Part shown: positions 1 through 11,829 of the stretch, piece after piece
How the letters are laid out: each line of letters starts with the position of its first letter
Position numbering within the stretch: the stretch's first letter is position 1
NCBI GenBank assembly: GCA_963575745.1
Contig: CAUYUJ010000192.1
Location: 62,001-126,000 of the forward strand
From: Prorocentrum cordatum
Lineage: Eukaryota
DNA length: 64,000 nucleotides
Direction: 5' to 3'
Made by a program: the position numbers and the translations under genes
The notes under the pieces: generated by a model
What the model saw: only the letters and a program-made list of their open reading frames with translations
Database searches by the model: none
Told to the model about the DNA's origin: nothing

Positions 1-828
1 CGGCAGAAGGGGGCCCAGGACGACGACCGGGTTCGCGGCTACCAGCAGGCAATGGGCAGGCTCGCGGGCATGTATGTGTTTATTTCATTGTATCGCACCG
101 TCTTCCTGACAACATCCGCCACGCGGTTCGTCTGGCACGACTCAGTGTTTTCGAGTATCTTGTTGGCGCGATGTTTGGCCACCGTTGCCGAATTGAGCTT
201 TGTTGGCCAGCTTTCGCTTGCGACCAAGTTTTGCTCGCAGGAGCTTCAGGAGGCGAGAAGAGGCACCTACTCACAGGACGCTGAACATGATATCCCGCAG
301 GGTGCTCTGCACCAGTGCACCTGGCATGGGTACACGCAGATTGCCTCGAAGGCCATGGTCGGTCTGGTCATCATGGCCGAGTTCTTCTCGTTCTGCGGGG
401 TCATCACAGGGAACAGGCGATGGTTCGTATTCGACCAGTGTTCTTGGTGCTTGGCCATGCTTGCGATCATGCCAGCATATTTCCACATCTTCCGTTCCGC
501 ACGCCAGTTCGCGCGAGACAGTCCTTCCCAGAGATGTTGCTCAGCGGCAAACGCGCAAACTTTCTCTCTGTGTGCGCTGGTATTGAGCGTGCTTTATGTG
601 GCATGGATCGTGAAGAGTAGTTTGCCGATTTGGTGGTCGAGGTTCAAATGGCAAGAAGCTAACGACGTGCCAGTGTTCAATATCCACGAGGGTTTGTGGG
701 ATGCCCTGACGTTCCGCGTCCAAACACATTCCTGGGCAATATGGTGGCGTGTTGTGGTGTGGCTGCCGTTCTGTCTTACGATTTTCAGCTGGAGCTCGAT
801 TGCATTAGGGGAACGAAAAATCGCATGA
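1..828 (+). CDS. Multi-pass membrane protein of unknown function, 5'-partial (frame open from base 1; first ATG at 52)
   Basis: Uninterrupted frame with ~6 hydrophobic segments. Motifs 'RFVWHDSVFSSILLARCLATVAELSFVGQL', 'AEFFSFCGVITGN' and 'WSSIAL'. Non-repetitive sequence. Confidence 0.7.
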   Translation, partial: RQKGAQDDDRVRGYQQAMGRLAGMYVFISLYRTVFLTTSATRFVWHDSVFSSILLARCLATVAELSFVGQLSLATKFCSQELQEARRGTYSQDAEHDIPQGALHQCTWHGYTQIASKAMVGLVIMAEFFSFCGVITGNRRWFVFDQCSWCLAMLAIMPAYFHIFRSARQFARDSPSQRCCSAANAQTFSLCALVLSVLYVAWIVKSSLPIWWSRFKWQEANDVPVFNIHEGLWDALTFRVQTHSWAIWWRVVVWLPFCLTIFSWSSIALGERKIA

Positions 829-1023
829 ACAAAACAACTCGGAGGTCCTCGCTGATTTCTTGGATCCGCGCCAGACACCCCTCCCTGGCGGGAGCGCGCC
901 AGGGGCGCCGCCGGAGGCGCCGCCAGGGGTCCCCAGCACAGATCCGAGACATCCGCGCGGACTTCCGAGCTAGGATGTTTCTGTCATTGTTCGCTCCCCT
1001 GCTCGTTGACCTTGGCGCCTCAG

Positions 1024-1198
1024 GTCAGTCCTCCGCGACCCGAGGCCGCGTCCAAGCTGGAGGAGCAGCTGGCCGTGGAGGCCGCGCCGCTGCAGCTGCC
1101 CGCTCCGCCGGAGGAGGTGCGGCCGGCGGTGGCCACCAAGGGGCCCTCCAGCCGCATCGAGGCCTTCGAGTTCGACATGGACGACCCGCAGCTGCACG
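1024..1198 (+). CDS. Putative internal coding exon (VSPPRPEAASKLEEQLAVEAAPLQL...IEAFEFDMDDPQLH)
   Basis: Follows 'ctcag' acceptor-like site and has very strong GC3 codon bias. Possible GC donor near 1199; boundaries approximate. Confidence 0.4.
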
Positions 1199-1294
1199 GC
1201 ATTCACAAGTGCACGTGGTGCTCGAGGACGGAGAGAAAAACATAGACTTGAGCTTGTGACGCTCCACGCGGATTGTTCGGATCCGCGCTGGGCA

Positions 1295-1446
1295 TTTTTG
1301 GCGCTCCGCGCGGATTTCTCGGATCCGCGCCTGGGCCCCCCCCAGCGGCGCCTCCGGCGCCGCCCCTGATCCAAGAGATCCAAGAAGGCGCAGGCGCAGA
1401 GGGGGGTCCGGCGCAGATCCAAGAAATCCGCGCGGAGCGCCAAAAG
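1295..1446. mobile_element. MITE-like element with ~36-bp TIRs; related copies at ~840-975, ~2010-2150 and ~62500-62640
   Basis: Left ttttggcgctccgcgcggatttctcggatccgcgcc versus right ggcgcagatccaagaaatccgcgcggagcgccaaaa. Copies share the core gcgcctccggcgccgcccctg or its reverse complement. Confidence 0.65.
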
Positions 1447-3099
1447 CGTATGTTTATGTCATTTTTCTTCCTCCAGGTACGCCTGCGCGGCGCAGCGCGC
1501 CTACATGTAGACGGTGCCATTCTGGGCAGTGCTGCCTGTCCCCGCACGTCGCCGCCACCGAGCAGTCTTCTCGGGGGCGGCCAGCAGCGCCTGCGGGTGA
1601 CCTTCTGAGGGTGAGTTAGCTTCGGATAGCTGGTCCGTCCTCCTCACTCGCCTCTTCCGCCCACCTCCCGGGAGGTCAGGGGAGGGAGGGATCCTACTCG
1701 GACGTCTGTACAGCACGACGTGTGCTGAGTGGGGAAGCCCGTGAGATGGCCCCCTACGTCCGATTTTGATGGACTGCAGTTTTCTGTGGCTGTAGCATTG
1801 CTGATGCGCTCTTCCCGTAGGCCTGCGAGACCTATGCTAACTCTGCATTGTTGGCGCCAAAGCCCTGCGTGAGAAAACGTCGATGCGGTCGCCACCGCAG
1901 CAGCCGCTCACTTTGTCGACGGATGCACCTTGCTGCCATGACGCTGTCGCCAGCATGTGCTGATAGGCGGACTGGCCGCAGTCGACGAAAAACTCCATCA
2001 ACATAAGCCTTCGACGGTCCGCTCTGGTGTCTTGGGATCTGCGCCTGCTGGCCCTGGCGGCGCCTCCGGCGCCGCCCCTGGCGCGCTCCTCTACAGTCAA
2101 GCAGGGTGGGGGGTCCAGCGCAGATCTGAGATCTCGTCGAGATCGTGTGTTTTTGTTCGCAGTGCTGTTCATCCTCTACAGGCAAGACGCTGAAGTACGG
2201 CAGGTTCGCGTCGTGCCGACCGGCGGCGACACCAGCGCGTGCATTCAAGGTTGAGCGCCGCCCGTGGCCCAGAATCGGCCCGTCGTTGAACGATCTGGAC
2301 GTCTCGGAAACGGCCGATCGTTCAAAGTTGAACGATCCCCGGCACGACACGAACCTACCGCACAGGCAAGACGCTGCAGTAAGGACGGGCTCTGGAGGCT
2401 CTTGCTTTCGGGCCGCGCCTCAGACTGAGGGCCTCCTCCTCCGCGTTCTCCTCCCCCTCCTCCCCCCCCTGCGGCACTGCGGGCAAAGCGGTCTTTCTCC
2501 ACCGAAGCCCGCGCCGCGCCCGCGCCCGTCGCGCGCGGCGCGACGCATCGAATGGCCTCTGGGTCCAGGGTAACCCGCAACCAGGAGAGGAAGCAGCCTC
2601 GAAGGGTCCCTGCGCGAAAAAAACGCGGGAAACCCGAAGGCCCAAGAGACCGACAGGGCGACGGGTCGGCGTGAGGACGAAGCGAGGGCGAGGGGCCTCC
2701 TGGACCAGAAGAGGGAGGCGGGACCAGGAACCACATGCACGTGATCGCTTGTGGATCGTCGAGAGCCCATCTCCATTCCAGCCGCCGTCACCCCACCGAC
2801 GGTCACGTACTGCAGGTCGGCGCGGTGCGATTCTTGGGGTGATGGCGGATGGAGAAGGGGCGTCGCTGCGCTCGGGCCTTCGAATCCCTCGACTCGAAAG
2901 CCACGGCAACAGCCTCCGTGGCCTACGCAACGCCAAACCCCGCGGACGGGGGAAGGCGGAAACAAGGGGGCAGGGCCCGAGGGGGAACTCCCGACCACGA
3001 GAGGGGGGGACGAGCCTCAGGAAGCGCCTCTGGATGCCTCGAGGGGAGAGGACGGGAACCCCCAACGAGCACACGGAGCTAGGGGTCTTCTAGGAGCCT

Positions 3100-5335
3100 C
3101 TAGGCAGGCGGCGGGCCGCCGCGGCCTGTCGTCACTTGTTGTTCTTCGTCTCATCCCCCTCGCTCTAGCGAGGGGGCCTTCGTGATGGTGTAGGGCCCGT
3201 ACTGATGATTGCTCGGGGCGATCGCGTGGCAGTTGCTGCCGTGGTCGATCATGTACCCATGTTACGGGCATGTGAGGGTGTCTCCCAGCTGTGTGGCGGC
3301 GAGGATCCAGGTCGCGGCTCGAGGAGCACCGCGCCTGGAGGTCCTGGCACCCAGCAAGGCGTGACATCGCCAATGATGTCGCCGAGATGGTTGTCCTCGT
3401 TCTGGTGGTGGTTGGCGCTGACGATAAGCCTTCTGTTCTCGTCATAGTAGCTGTTGTAGTGCCGTTCTCTTGCCGCAGTGAGAGCGCCCGCTGTACTGCG
3501 CATGACCATGCCTATGATGTCGTCGATCTCGCTTCCGTTGGTTGCGTAGCCGTCGCACATTATAGCAGTGAGTCCATCCACGGTTGTCGTCTGCGGGTGT
3601 TGTCTTAGCAGATGGTGCTCATGGATGTTGAGGTGGCAGATGGCTCGGTCTATCACGATGGTGGGAGTAGTCGTTGCTAGCGTGTCGTATGCTGCGGTGA
3701 GAGTTCTGTACATGGCGTGGTTGTCTTGGGTGATCTCTCGCTGCTGTCGTGTGCTCAGCTGTGGTCGTCCCCAAGGGTGTTGCTGTGTTCTTGCATGTCT
3801 GTCGGCTTTGAAGGACTCGATATTGGCGTCAACGATGTGCAAAGCCACTCTCCCTTCTGCAATGCATGCTCGCGCGTAGTCGATCGTATCACCACCTTCG
3901 TCGCTGTCGGTGCGTCGGGTACAGGTCTCGATTGCAGTGCCTTGTAGGTTGGCATGTCGCTGGATGGCGGTGGTTAGCTCATTAGTGGCGTTGTCGTTGG
4001 CAGTGGTGATTAAAATGGTTGTCGGTGGTGCTCTTTTTTGGGTAGTGGGTGGTTGGCTTGACTCGTTGCCGTGTTGTTCACTGAGCGAGCTAGTTCCCTC
4101 GGGGATTCTGGTTGGGATCGGTGCTCGTGTGTCCTTGTTGTGTAGTTTCGGTTCGATCGGCGGTCCGTGCGTCTGTAGTGGCGGTGCCTCGGGGTAGTCG
4201 TCTGGAAGCCCACCGTGTCGTGTGAGGCGTCTCGCAAGTCGAACCTCTTCTTGATTGGCGTCGACCTCTTCAGCTGTAGCTCTGTAGTTGCTCGCGATCC
4301 ATGAATCTGCGCAGGTGGCAGAGGCCTTGACGTGCTTGATGAGCCTGTTCGCGGAGTGGAAGTTCTTCATGCAGATTTGGCAGGTGTCTCCCACAACGAT
4401 GTTGCTGAGGTTGTCGTCGCCTCTGTGGTGGGTGTGGACGTGCTTGTTGTGCGCCGCGGTGGTCTGGAAGGTTGCGCCGCAGTGGCAGCACGTGACAGGC
4501 GCAGTCTTGGTCGCTCCGTGCTCCTCGTCGTCGCGCGGCTGAGTCCGAGGGTTGCCGCGGTGTTGGCAGTCATGTTTTCCCATGTGGTTCGTTTCGTCGT
4601 CTCCGTGTGCTGGTCGATGGCCCTGCGGTACGCGTGGGAGAGGATAGCTTTGAGGTGGCTAGTGTCGTCCCGCGCCATCGTGATGAGCTCGGTAATATCT
4701 TTAGGGGTTTGCTCGTGCCGGCTGCGATCACAATGGTGGCGGTAGTGTTGCAGGTCGTTGGTGATGGTCGTGGCCCATTCGCCGCCCCGCTGGATGTCGT
4801 GGTCTGCAAGGGCTTGTAGCTCTGGTGGGCTGTCGTGTGCTATGCTTAGCACCTGGCGGAGGCGGAGCCGTCGCAGCCGCTCGTGCAGCGTTGGTAAAGC
4901 CGCTCGTTCGAGGATCTGGTTATTGGTGATTCGACCTGCGCGCATCTTGTCAGGCGTGATCCCGATGGCCTGTCGTGCTGCAGATGCGTAGGCTGTCGTC
5001 AGTCGGTTCACGTCGCGCTGTTTGTTAATGACCCAGGTGCCCGCGTTGAAGAATAGCTTGGAGTGCCCGGACGCTTCCAAGTAATGGATCTTGGCTTTGG
5101 TAGTGACTGCACGCCTCTTGACAAGCGTTCTGCGGAGCGGTCCCGTCGTCTGTCGTAGTGCAAAAGTGCGGGCTGCGATTTCTTGTCCGAGGTCGTTCCT
5201 GTCGTTGAACATTGCTCCGAGTAGCTTCGTGTTCCTTGTGATAGTGACCGTGAAGCCGATGTCAGATACGCAACGCTTCTCTGGGATCTTGGCACGGACA
5301 GTACGCTTGCCAACAGCAGCATTGGGGTAGGCGGC
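3100..5335 (-). mobile_element. 3' half of a non-LTR retrotransposon: RT thumb region, two C2H2-type zinc fingers, DNMT-like tail, 3' UTR
   Basis: 'TKLLGAMFNDRNDLGQEIAAR...SKLFFNAGTW' (late RT/thumb); 'CHCGATFQTTAAHNKHVHTHH' and 'CQICMKNFHSANRLIKHV'; 'HPWGRPQLSTRQQREITQDN'. Frameshift near 4580. Confidence 0.8.
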
Positions 5336-8300
5336 GTAGCTCGACTTCGCCGCCCCCGCCCGCCGCCGCGCAGGGGCCGTCCGTCGTCGCCCCCTCGCCA
5401 CCGCGGCCGCCCGAGCCGCAGGACTGCGGCCGCGGAGGCCGCGACCAGCTGCAGTCGCGCCCAGGGGGGGCGCTTGGCACAGGCGAGAGCGTGAGCGCAG
5501 GGCACGCGCTCGTGCGCCCTTCCGACTTGCTGCCGCGCAGGACCTCTTGCAGCGGCACCGCGGCGCGCAGCAGCCCCAGCAGCAGCAGCAGCAGCGCATC
5601 CAGCAGCACAGCCAGGACATCATGGCGACGGGTCCTCCAGTTGGCGGCAAGCCATGGCCATGGAGAGCAAACTCGAAAGGGAAGTTAACAGGAGGGACAC
5701 CGACATGGAAAAGTACGCACTACTACGGCCACAGCTACCAGAACGACTACAACCACCAGAACGAGCACAACGGCAATACCTACCAGAAGGACAACGGAAG
5801 CTGGAGAGGCAGCGCATCCAGGAACGCTTCGAGACGACGAAGGAGCAACCAAGGTGCCAGCAGGTCCAACGTAACCGACGATTTCACCAACTATCATGCT
5901 CCACTTGACGAAGAAGCAGATCGCGATCATCGAACCCATCACCCCAGCGCTGGTGCAGGTGGCAACGGAGCACGAGGGCTTCTCGTACCCCCCGATGGAG
6001 GACGACGCCAGGAAGGCATGGTTCACCGCGAAGGTTAACAGGCTCGGGGGGCTCGCGGACCAGGTGGTGGGAGCGCGGCAGGCGCAGGTTGACGCGTCCG
6101 TCGAAGCTCTGCAACGAGATCGCCATCGCCAAGGCCACCATCGCGATGCCGACCGAGCCTGCCCAGCGAATCCACCGCTACAGGCAGGAGGTCGACCAGC
6201 AGATCAAGCGCAAGAGCGAGATCAGCCAGCATATGAAGGCTCCCGGCAACGAGAGCGACCAGATCGACCAGAACATTGGTGTCCTGAAGGCCCTGGTCAA
6301 CGAGTCCAAGCAAATGAGGGGAATGAAAGAACAAATGGATGACTCTAGCTGCGACGGCGGCGCAGAAGACGAGGGGGGCCCGAAGGGCATGAGAGGGCGA
6401 ACGCCACATCCCAAGAAGGTCACCGCCAAAGATGAACCGACCGACAGCATCACAGCACGCGAGCCGCCACAACGACCAGCACCACGACAAAGACGACATC
6501 AGAAAGCTCATCGGCGACATCCGCAAAAGGATCGACATGCAGGACCAGCAGCGCGACGAGCTCAGGAAGAATGCTGAGCAGCGCGACGAGATCAGGAGCA
6601 TGAGTGAGAAGATGAAGGCATGACTTCATCAAGAACGGCATCAACTGCATTTTCAATTATGCGAACTTCCAGCATCACAGCGCTGAGCTTCAGGCAGAAA
6701 GGCAGAATATCCACGAGGCGAAGGCCCAACATGACGAGCGGAAGAAAGCGATGATGAAGCGCCAGGAGCAGCAATTATACAACAAAGCCGAATAACTCCA
6801 GGTCATGTGCTTCCAGAGCCGGAGCGAGATGGAGCAGCAGCATTACCTGACCATGAGATACCGGAGGGCCGAAATTCAACAATAAGAATAAGCACGCGTC
6901 CAAGAGCGAGCACTTGAAGTCTATTGTGAAATGCAAGCGCAGTTCACGGAGTCCCAGAAGAAGCAGTTCCAAAAGTTCGAGGGATGGCAGCGCCAAGAGG
7001 AACAGCACAATGAGACGCACAATTGCCAGCAGAAGATCGCCTACGAGGAGCATCAAGCCAAAGCCCAGCTCACAATGGAAGAAGAACGCGCGCGGCACCT
7101 ACGACAGCAACAACAACTGGAAGAAGCTATCGCGACTGCCGAGAAGACCCACGAGGAGATGGATCGCCAGGCGATTATGGACCTACTGCGCGAGTTCAGC
7201 GATGCAGAGGACGACCGACGACGCGATCGACACTTTGCAGGCGAGATGGAGAAGGAGGCCCAACGCGAGGCGACGCAATGCTTACAAGTCGTACTACCAG
7301 GACCCCACGACGAGATGCGCCCAGACCTCGAGCCCTACGCTATGCAGCTGGCCATCATGGAGCAGAACGCGCACTTGGACCACAGGACGCAATCGACTAC
7401 CGACCGCGAGTTCAGCTTGATAGAGCTGGGATTCGCGCCAGCGCCACTTTCCTCCACGCCGACTCCACTGCCACCAATGCCCAACCCGACGACGGCACAA
7501 CCTCAGGAACTACGCCCAGACATGAGCACACTTGCCGACAATACACCACGTCTGATCAGAAGGCCCACGACAGCGACGAGCTCGACGGCAGCGTAGCACC
7601 GACACCAATCGCCGACGACGGCTACGACGGCAGTTTCACCCCCATCCCTGATATTCACGAAGACCATGACCTAGCCGACTCCCGAATCTTCACCCCAACG
7701 CAACGAGTCAATTCGACGCCCATACTTTTTGATCAACCAACTCCACTCGGGTACCAACCACCAGCTCAGACAGCGACTCCAGCTGCAGCAACCACTGTAT
7801 TCCCAGAGGTTCGACCACTTTCCGCCCCGCCCGAGGCCAGACAGCACGAGCTTGCATCAAGAGAGTCCCAACCCACATCCGCCATACTCATCGACTTGAG
7901 CAACGACGGTGAAGATGCATCACCGCGAACGCCGCCGCGGATGCCTACCCCCTCAGCAATCGCCCCGACACGGCCACGTCAACCAGTTCTCCCCCCCCCC
8001 CCCCCCCCCCCCCCCCCGATTCCACATAGGGGCACCCGGGCGAAGCAAGTCGGCACCCGCACCGCGGACAAGATCCGCACTCAAGCGCAGCGACCGACCA
8101 GCACAGTCAGCCAGGAAGGTACGCATACAAGATACGGGTGACGGATTCGCAAACCCAACAGACCGTGTTCCCGTTCGAGCCGGCGATGGCGAAGGCTCGG
8201 GCGGCGCCGCCAGCTCAAAAAACGGAGCAGGACCGACCTCGCTGAGGAGCCACTGGCTCAGCGAGATAGTCCAGCACCAGTGCACCGAGCCCCTGGTCGG

Positions 8301-9840
8301 CTCCAAACGACCATGCGACTGACTACGGCGGAGACGCCAACCCACACTAGCAGCGACCTTGAACATCACGACGCAACCAGCCTTCCGACCCCTGCGGTGG
8401 CGGCGACTTACAACGCGGTACAGCAGCCTCTCCCACTAGGGGAGACCACGACACTAGGACCTGCCATGCCAGCGACAGCTTCGGGGACTGCTGCCGCGCA
8501 TGACAACAACGACACTCACTCTAACGAATCCACTCTGAAAAAGACAAGCCCGTAACAATAACTGCACTTCAACACCGGCCGACGCGGGGATCAGCGACGG
8601 TAGCATTGCGCCCGTTCAGTGGGACATCTACTCCAACGGTGAGCGCACCAGAGCGACAAATGCGGCCGGACTGCCGGACTGGAGAGATTCCCTCCAGCTG
8701 ATCGTCTGGACACCGTGCATCGAGCAGGAAGTCCGCCACCACGTAGCGACCGACGCGTGCGCCTTGGAACCTCGACGCCACCCAGGGCTAGGCCAGGACA
8801 GGCAACGGCGATCATACCGCCAAGGCCCCACCGACCCCAGCTCGACTTGGCATTAGAGGCGACTAGCCAATTTGGCTCGGAGGCGCCAACCTTGCACGAT
8901 GACCGAATTCATCATCGGTCCGACAAGCGGATCGACCACTATCTCAGCAGCGTGCCACCCGACTTGATCGACGGCATCGAGGAGAATTTTTCCACAGCGT
9001 CAAGAATGGGAGAACGTACGACGACACCAGCATCGACGACAACTCAGACGAACCCAACGACACGCATCACGATAGCAGCAAAAATAACGACCTCGCTAAA
9101 CGTCGGTTTGCACAAGTACAACGACGCCTGCGACGACTGTCTAAGCCGCACAACGGAAACATTACAACCCACAACCGATTTGCAGCACTCACAACACCCG
9201 ATGACGCCAGACAGCAGTCGACTCCACATCACATCACACTCCATCGCTTACCACGAACGACCACCAACACCCACAACACGACATTTCTACCGAACCACCG
9301 CCGGCAGCTCAGACAGCATCCCTGGGCACCGACACCGACGAAACCACCCACCCCCTCACTACTACACACATGCCACTGCAGCAACTACCACTAACCGTAG
9401 ACCCACAAAAGCATCAGTACCACAAGCCCAAGCACACAGCGATGCTGCCATGTCGGCATCGACCCACGACAGCCAACATGCGAACCACCCACAACACAGT
9501 GACGGATGCAGCTTGCTATCCTGCGCACGAACCCACCAATCACACACGACGACCAACCCAAGCGATGCAACCGTTCCGAGCTAAGAAGAAGACGCAGCAA
9601 AAGCAAATGACCAAGAAAACAACATACGTATTTCAACCGCACACCGACCTCGACGTCTGCCACGGCACGCAGCAGAAAAACGACCACGTATGCGACCTTG
9701 GAGACACCAGGAGCTTGCGAAGGCGCATCAGAGCGACGACGGCAGCATTTCTCAATTACCATGTCGAGGGAGACGACTTACATCCTGCGGCACGGTCCGC
9801 GCTCAACACGACGCCAAACGGAAATGGACAGCACGTCACC

Positions 9841-10280
9841 AAGCACATCTTCACCGATGCGCCCCACAACGTGCGACGACCAGGCAGCTGCGCTTGGGCT
9901 TTCTTAGTACTGCAAGAAGGCGAGACATCCGAACAACGGACCTTCAGAGGCGCGTTCAGCAGCATCGTCCACGAGAGCCACACCATGAAGATCCCCAACT
10001 CCAGCATTACGAACACAACGGGCGGTCATGGCCATCGTGCAAGCGCTCGTGTGGCCCACAGCGACAGCAGAGACCCAGCGCGCCTACCTCCACACAGACT
10101 GCGAGACGGCCACCAACATCTGCAATGGTACTGCGGCATCCTCGGCATACGAGCACTTATCACGATTCCTGAAGGTGCTTTATGACATGGTGCGCACCGA
10201 GACCTACGTCACCCTGGTTCACGTACCAAGCCACGAAGGCATGCCTTGCAACGAACTAGCAGGCGGACTCTCCAAAAGGA
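9841..10280 (+). pseudogene. RNase H domain (frameshifted) of the LINE
   Basis: 'KHIFTDA...AWAFLVL', 'AIVQALVW...YLHTDCETA' and 'LVHVPSHEGMPCNELAGGLSK' match the RNase HI D-E-D-H-D layout, with some catalytic residues decayed. Confidence 0.75.
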
Positions 10281-10519
10281 CTCGAAGACGGTACGGCAAG
10301 GGCGAAGACTACTATATCATCCCGTATAACTTCACGGACATCATCATTGCACCCAAGTTCTACCAATGGGAAGGACTTCTCCAGCGCGAACATCCATGCC
10401 GAGCCGCTTACCCATCGCGAGTCGAACAGCAACTCCAATTCTGAATGCCGCCGAAGTCTGCTGAAGTGCACCACCTGATGGCCCCGCGCGCAACAGTTGC
10501 CACCGACGCGACCGTGGAG

Positions 10520-11320
10520 CTGAACTTCGCCTTTTACAACGCCGACAGCAAGCAACAGAAGAAGCACATGAAAGCAGCACGGATCGCACACCAGTGGAGA
10601 GGGCCAGCATTACGACGGCAATTTCAAAAACGCAAGCTTCACATCGTCGGCATCCAGGAAGCGCGGAACGAGCGGGGGGGCACCACCTGCAACGGCTACT
10701 ACATCATCAGCAGCCCCCACGACAACTACAACGCTGGATGCGAGCTCTGGGTAAACCCTGAAGAGCCTGTCGCAGATTGCAACAACGGCCCCCAGTACTT
10801 CGTGCCGAGTCAGTTCCACGCGCTCGTCAGCGAGCCCCGAATCCTCATCGTCAAGATCGAGACCAGCCCCGTCAACATAGCCATTTGCGTCAGCCACGCC
10901 CCACACAGCAAGAAGAACGACGACGACAAGAACTAATACTGGGAAGCTCTAAGCAGACACCTGCGAAAGTACAAGCCCGACATCATCCTGACCGACGCCA
11001 ACGGCAGAGTAGGCGAAGTGCGGACGCAATGGGTTGGCGGCGAAGGATTTCCACAGACCGGGGACGGCAATGGCAAGAAGCTGCGCGAGACGGCCGCAGA
11101 CGGAACATACACGATCATCAGTGCCAAGATCTCCAGCGGCGAGGACCACCGCACCTGGCGCTACGGACGCGGCAACAAGCACCGAATATATTACATCCTG
11201 ACCAACGGGTTGATCACACCTAAGATCGCAGACCTCCACACACTCAACGACATCGAGACCATGAAGAAGCAGGGGAAGCGCGACCGCAACAGGGAGGACC
11301 ACACGCCAGTAACAGCAACT
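10520..11320 (+). pseudogene. APE-like (exonuclease/endonuclease/phosphatase) endonuclease domain of the LINE
   Basis: 'FAFYNA', 'IVGIQEAR', 'SHAPHS', 'ILTDANGRVG', 'TW...HRIYYIL' and 'EDHTPV'. In-frame stop at ~10934. Confidence 0.85.
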
Positions 11321-11829
11321 GCGCATTTGACCATTCGACATACAGCACCTAAGCATTTCTCCCCGAACATCGACAGGAACCAGCTGAAGTCCGACGAGGC
11401 GGTCCGCAGGTTCAAGGATGAGCTCAATTCAACGACCCTCCCAGCCTGGAACATGAAGTACGACGAGCACGTCTACTACTACATGCTGACTAACATGGAA
11501 GCGGCTCAGAGATCCTTCGCACGACAGGACCACAATGCATTTCAATAGTACATCTCACAAGAAACGTTGGCCTTCATTCTGTGCCGCAGGAAGTTCATGG
11601 AGTACATCGGGAAGGCTCGGACGATGGACCACAACACCCAGCAACCAAAAGACGAGCACGAAACCTATTGGAGTACATAGACGAGGACCCCACCCTTCAG
11701 ATGCCCATCGAAGCCATCCAGCACACCTACCGCGAGACCTTCCAACTCCACCACGTCGCCCACCAAGACCGCAGCAACCTCGGCCACCAGTACTTCTTCG
11801 ACACCGTCAAGCAGGGGATCCAAATACCA

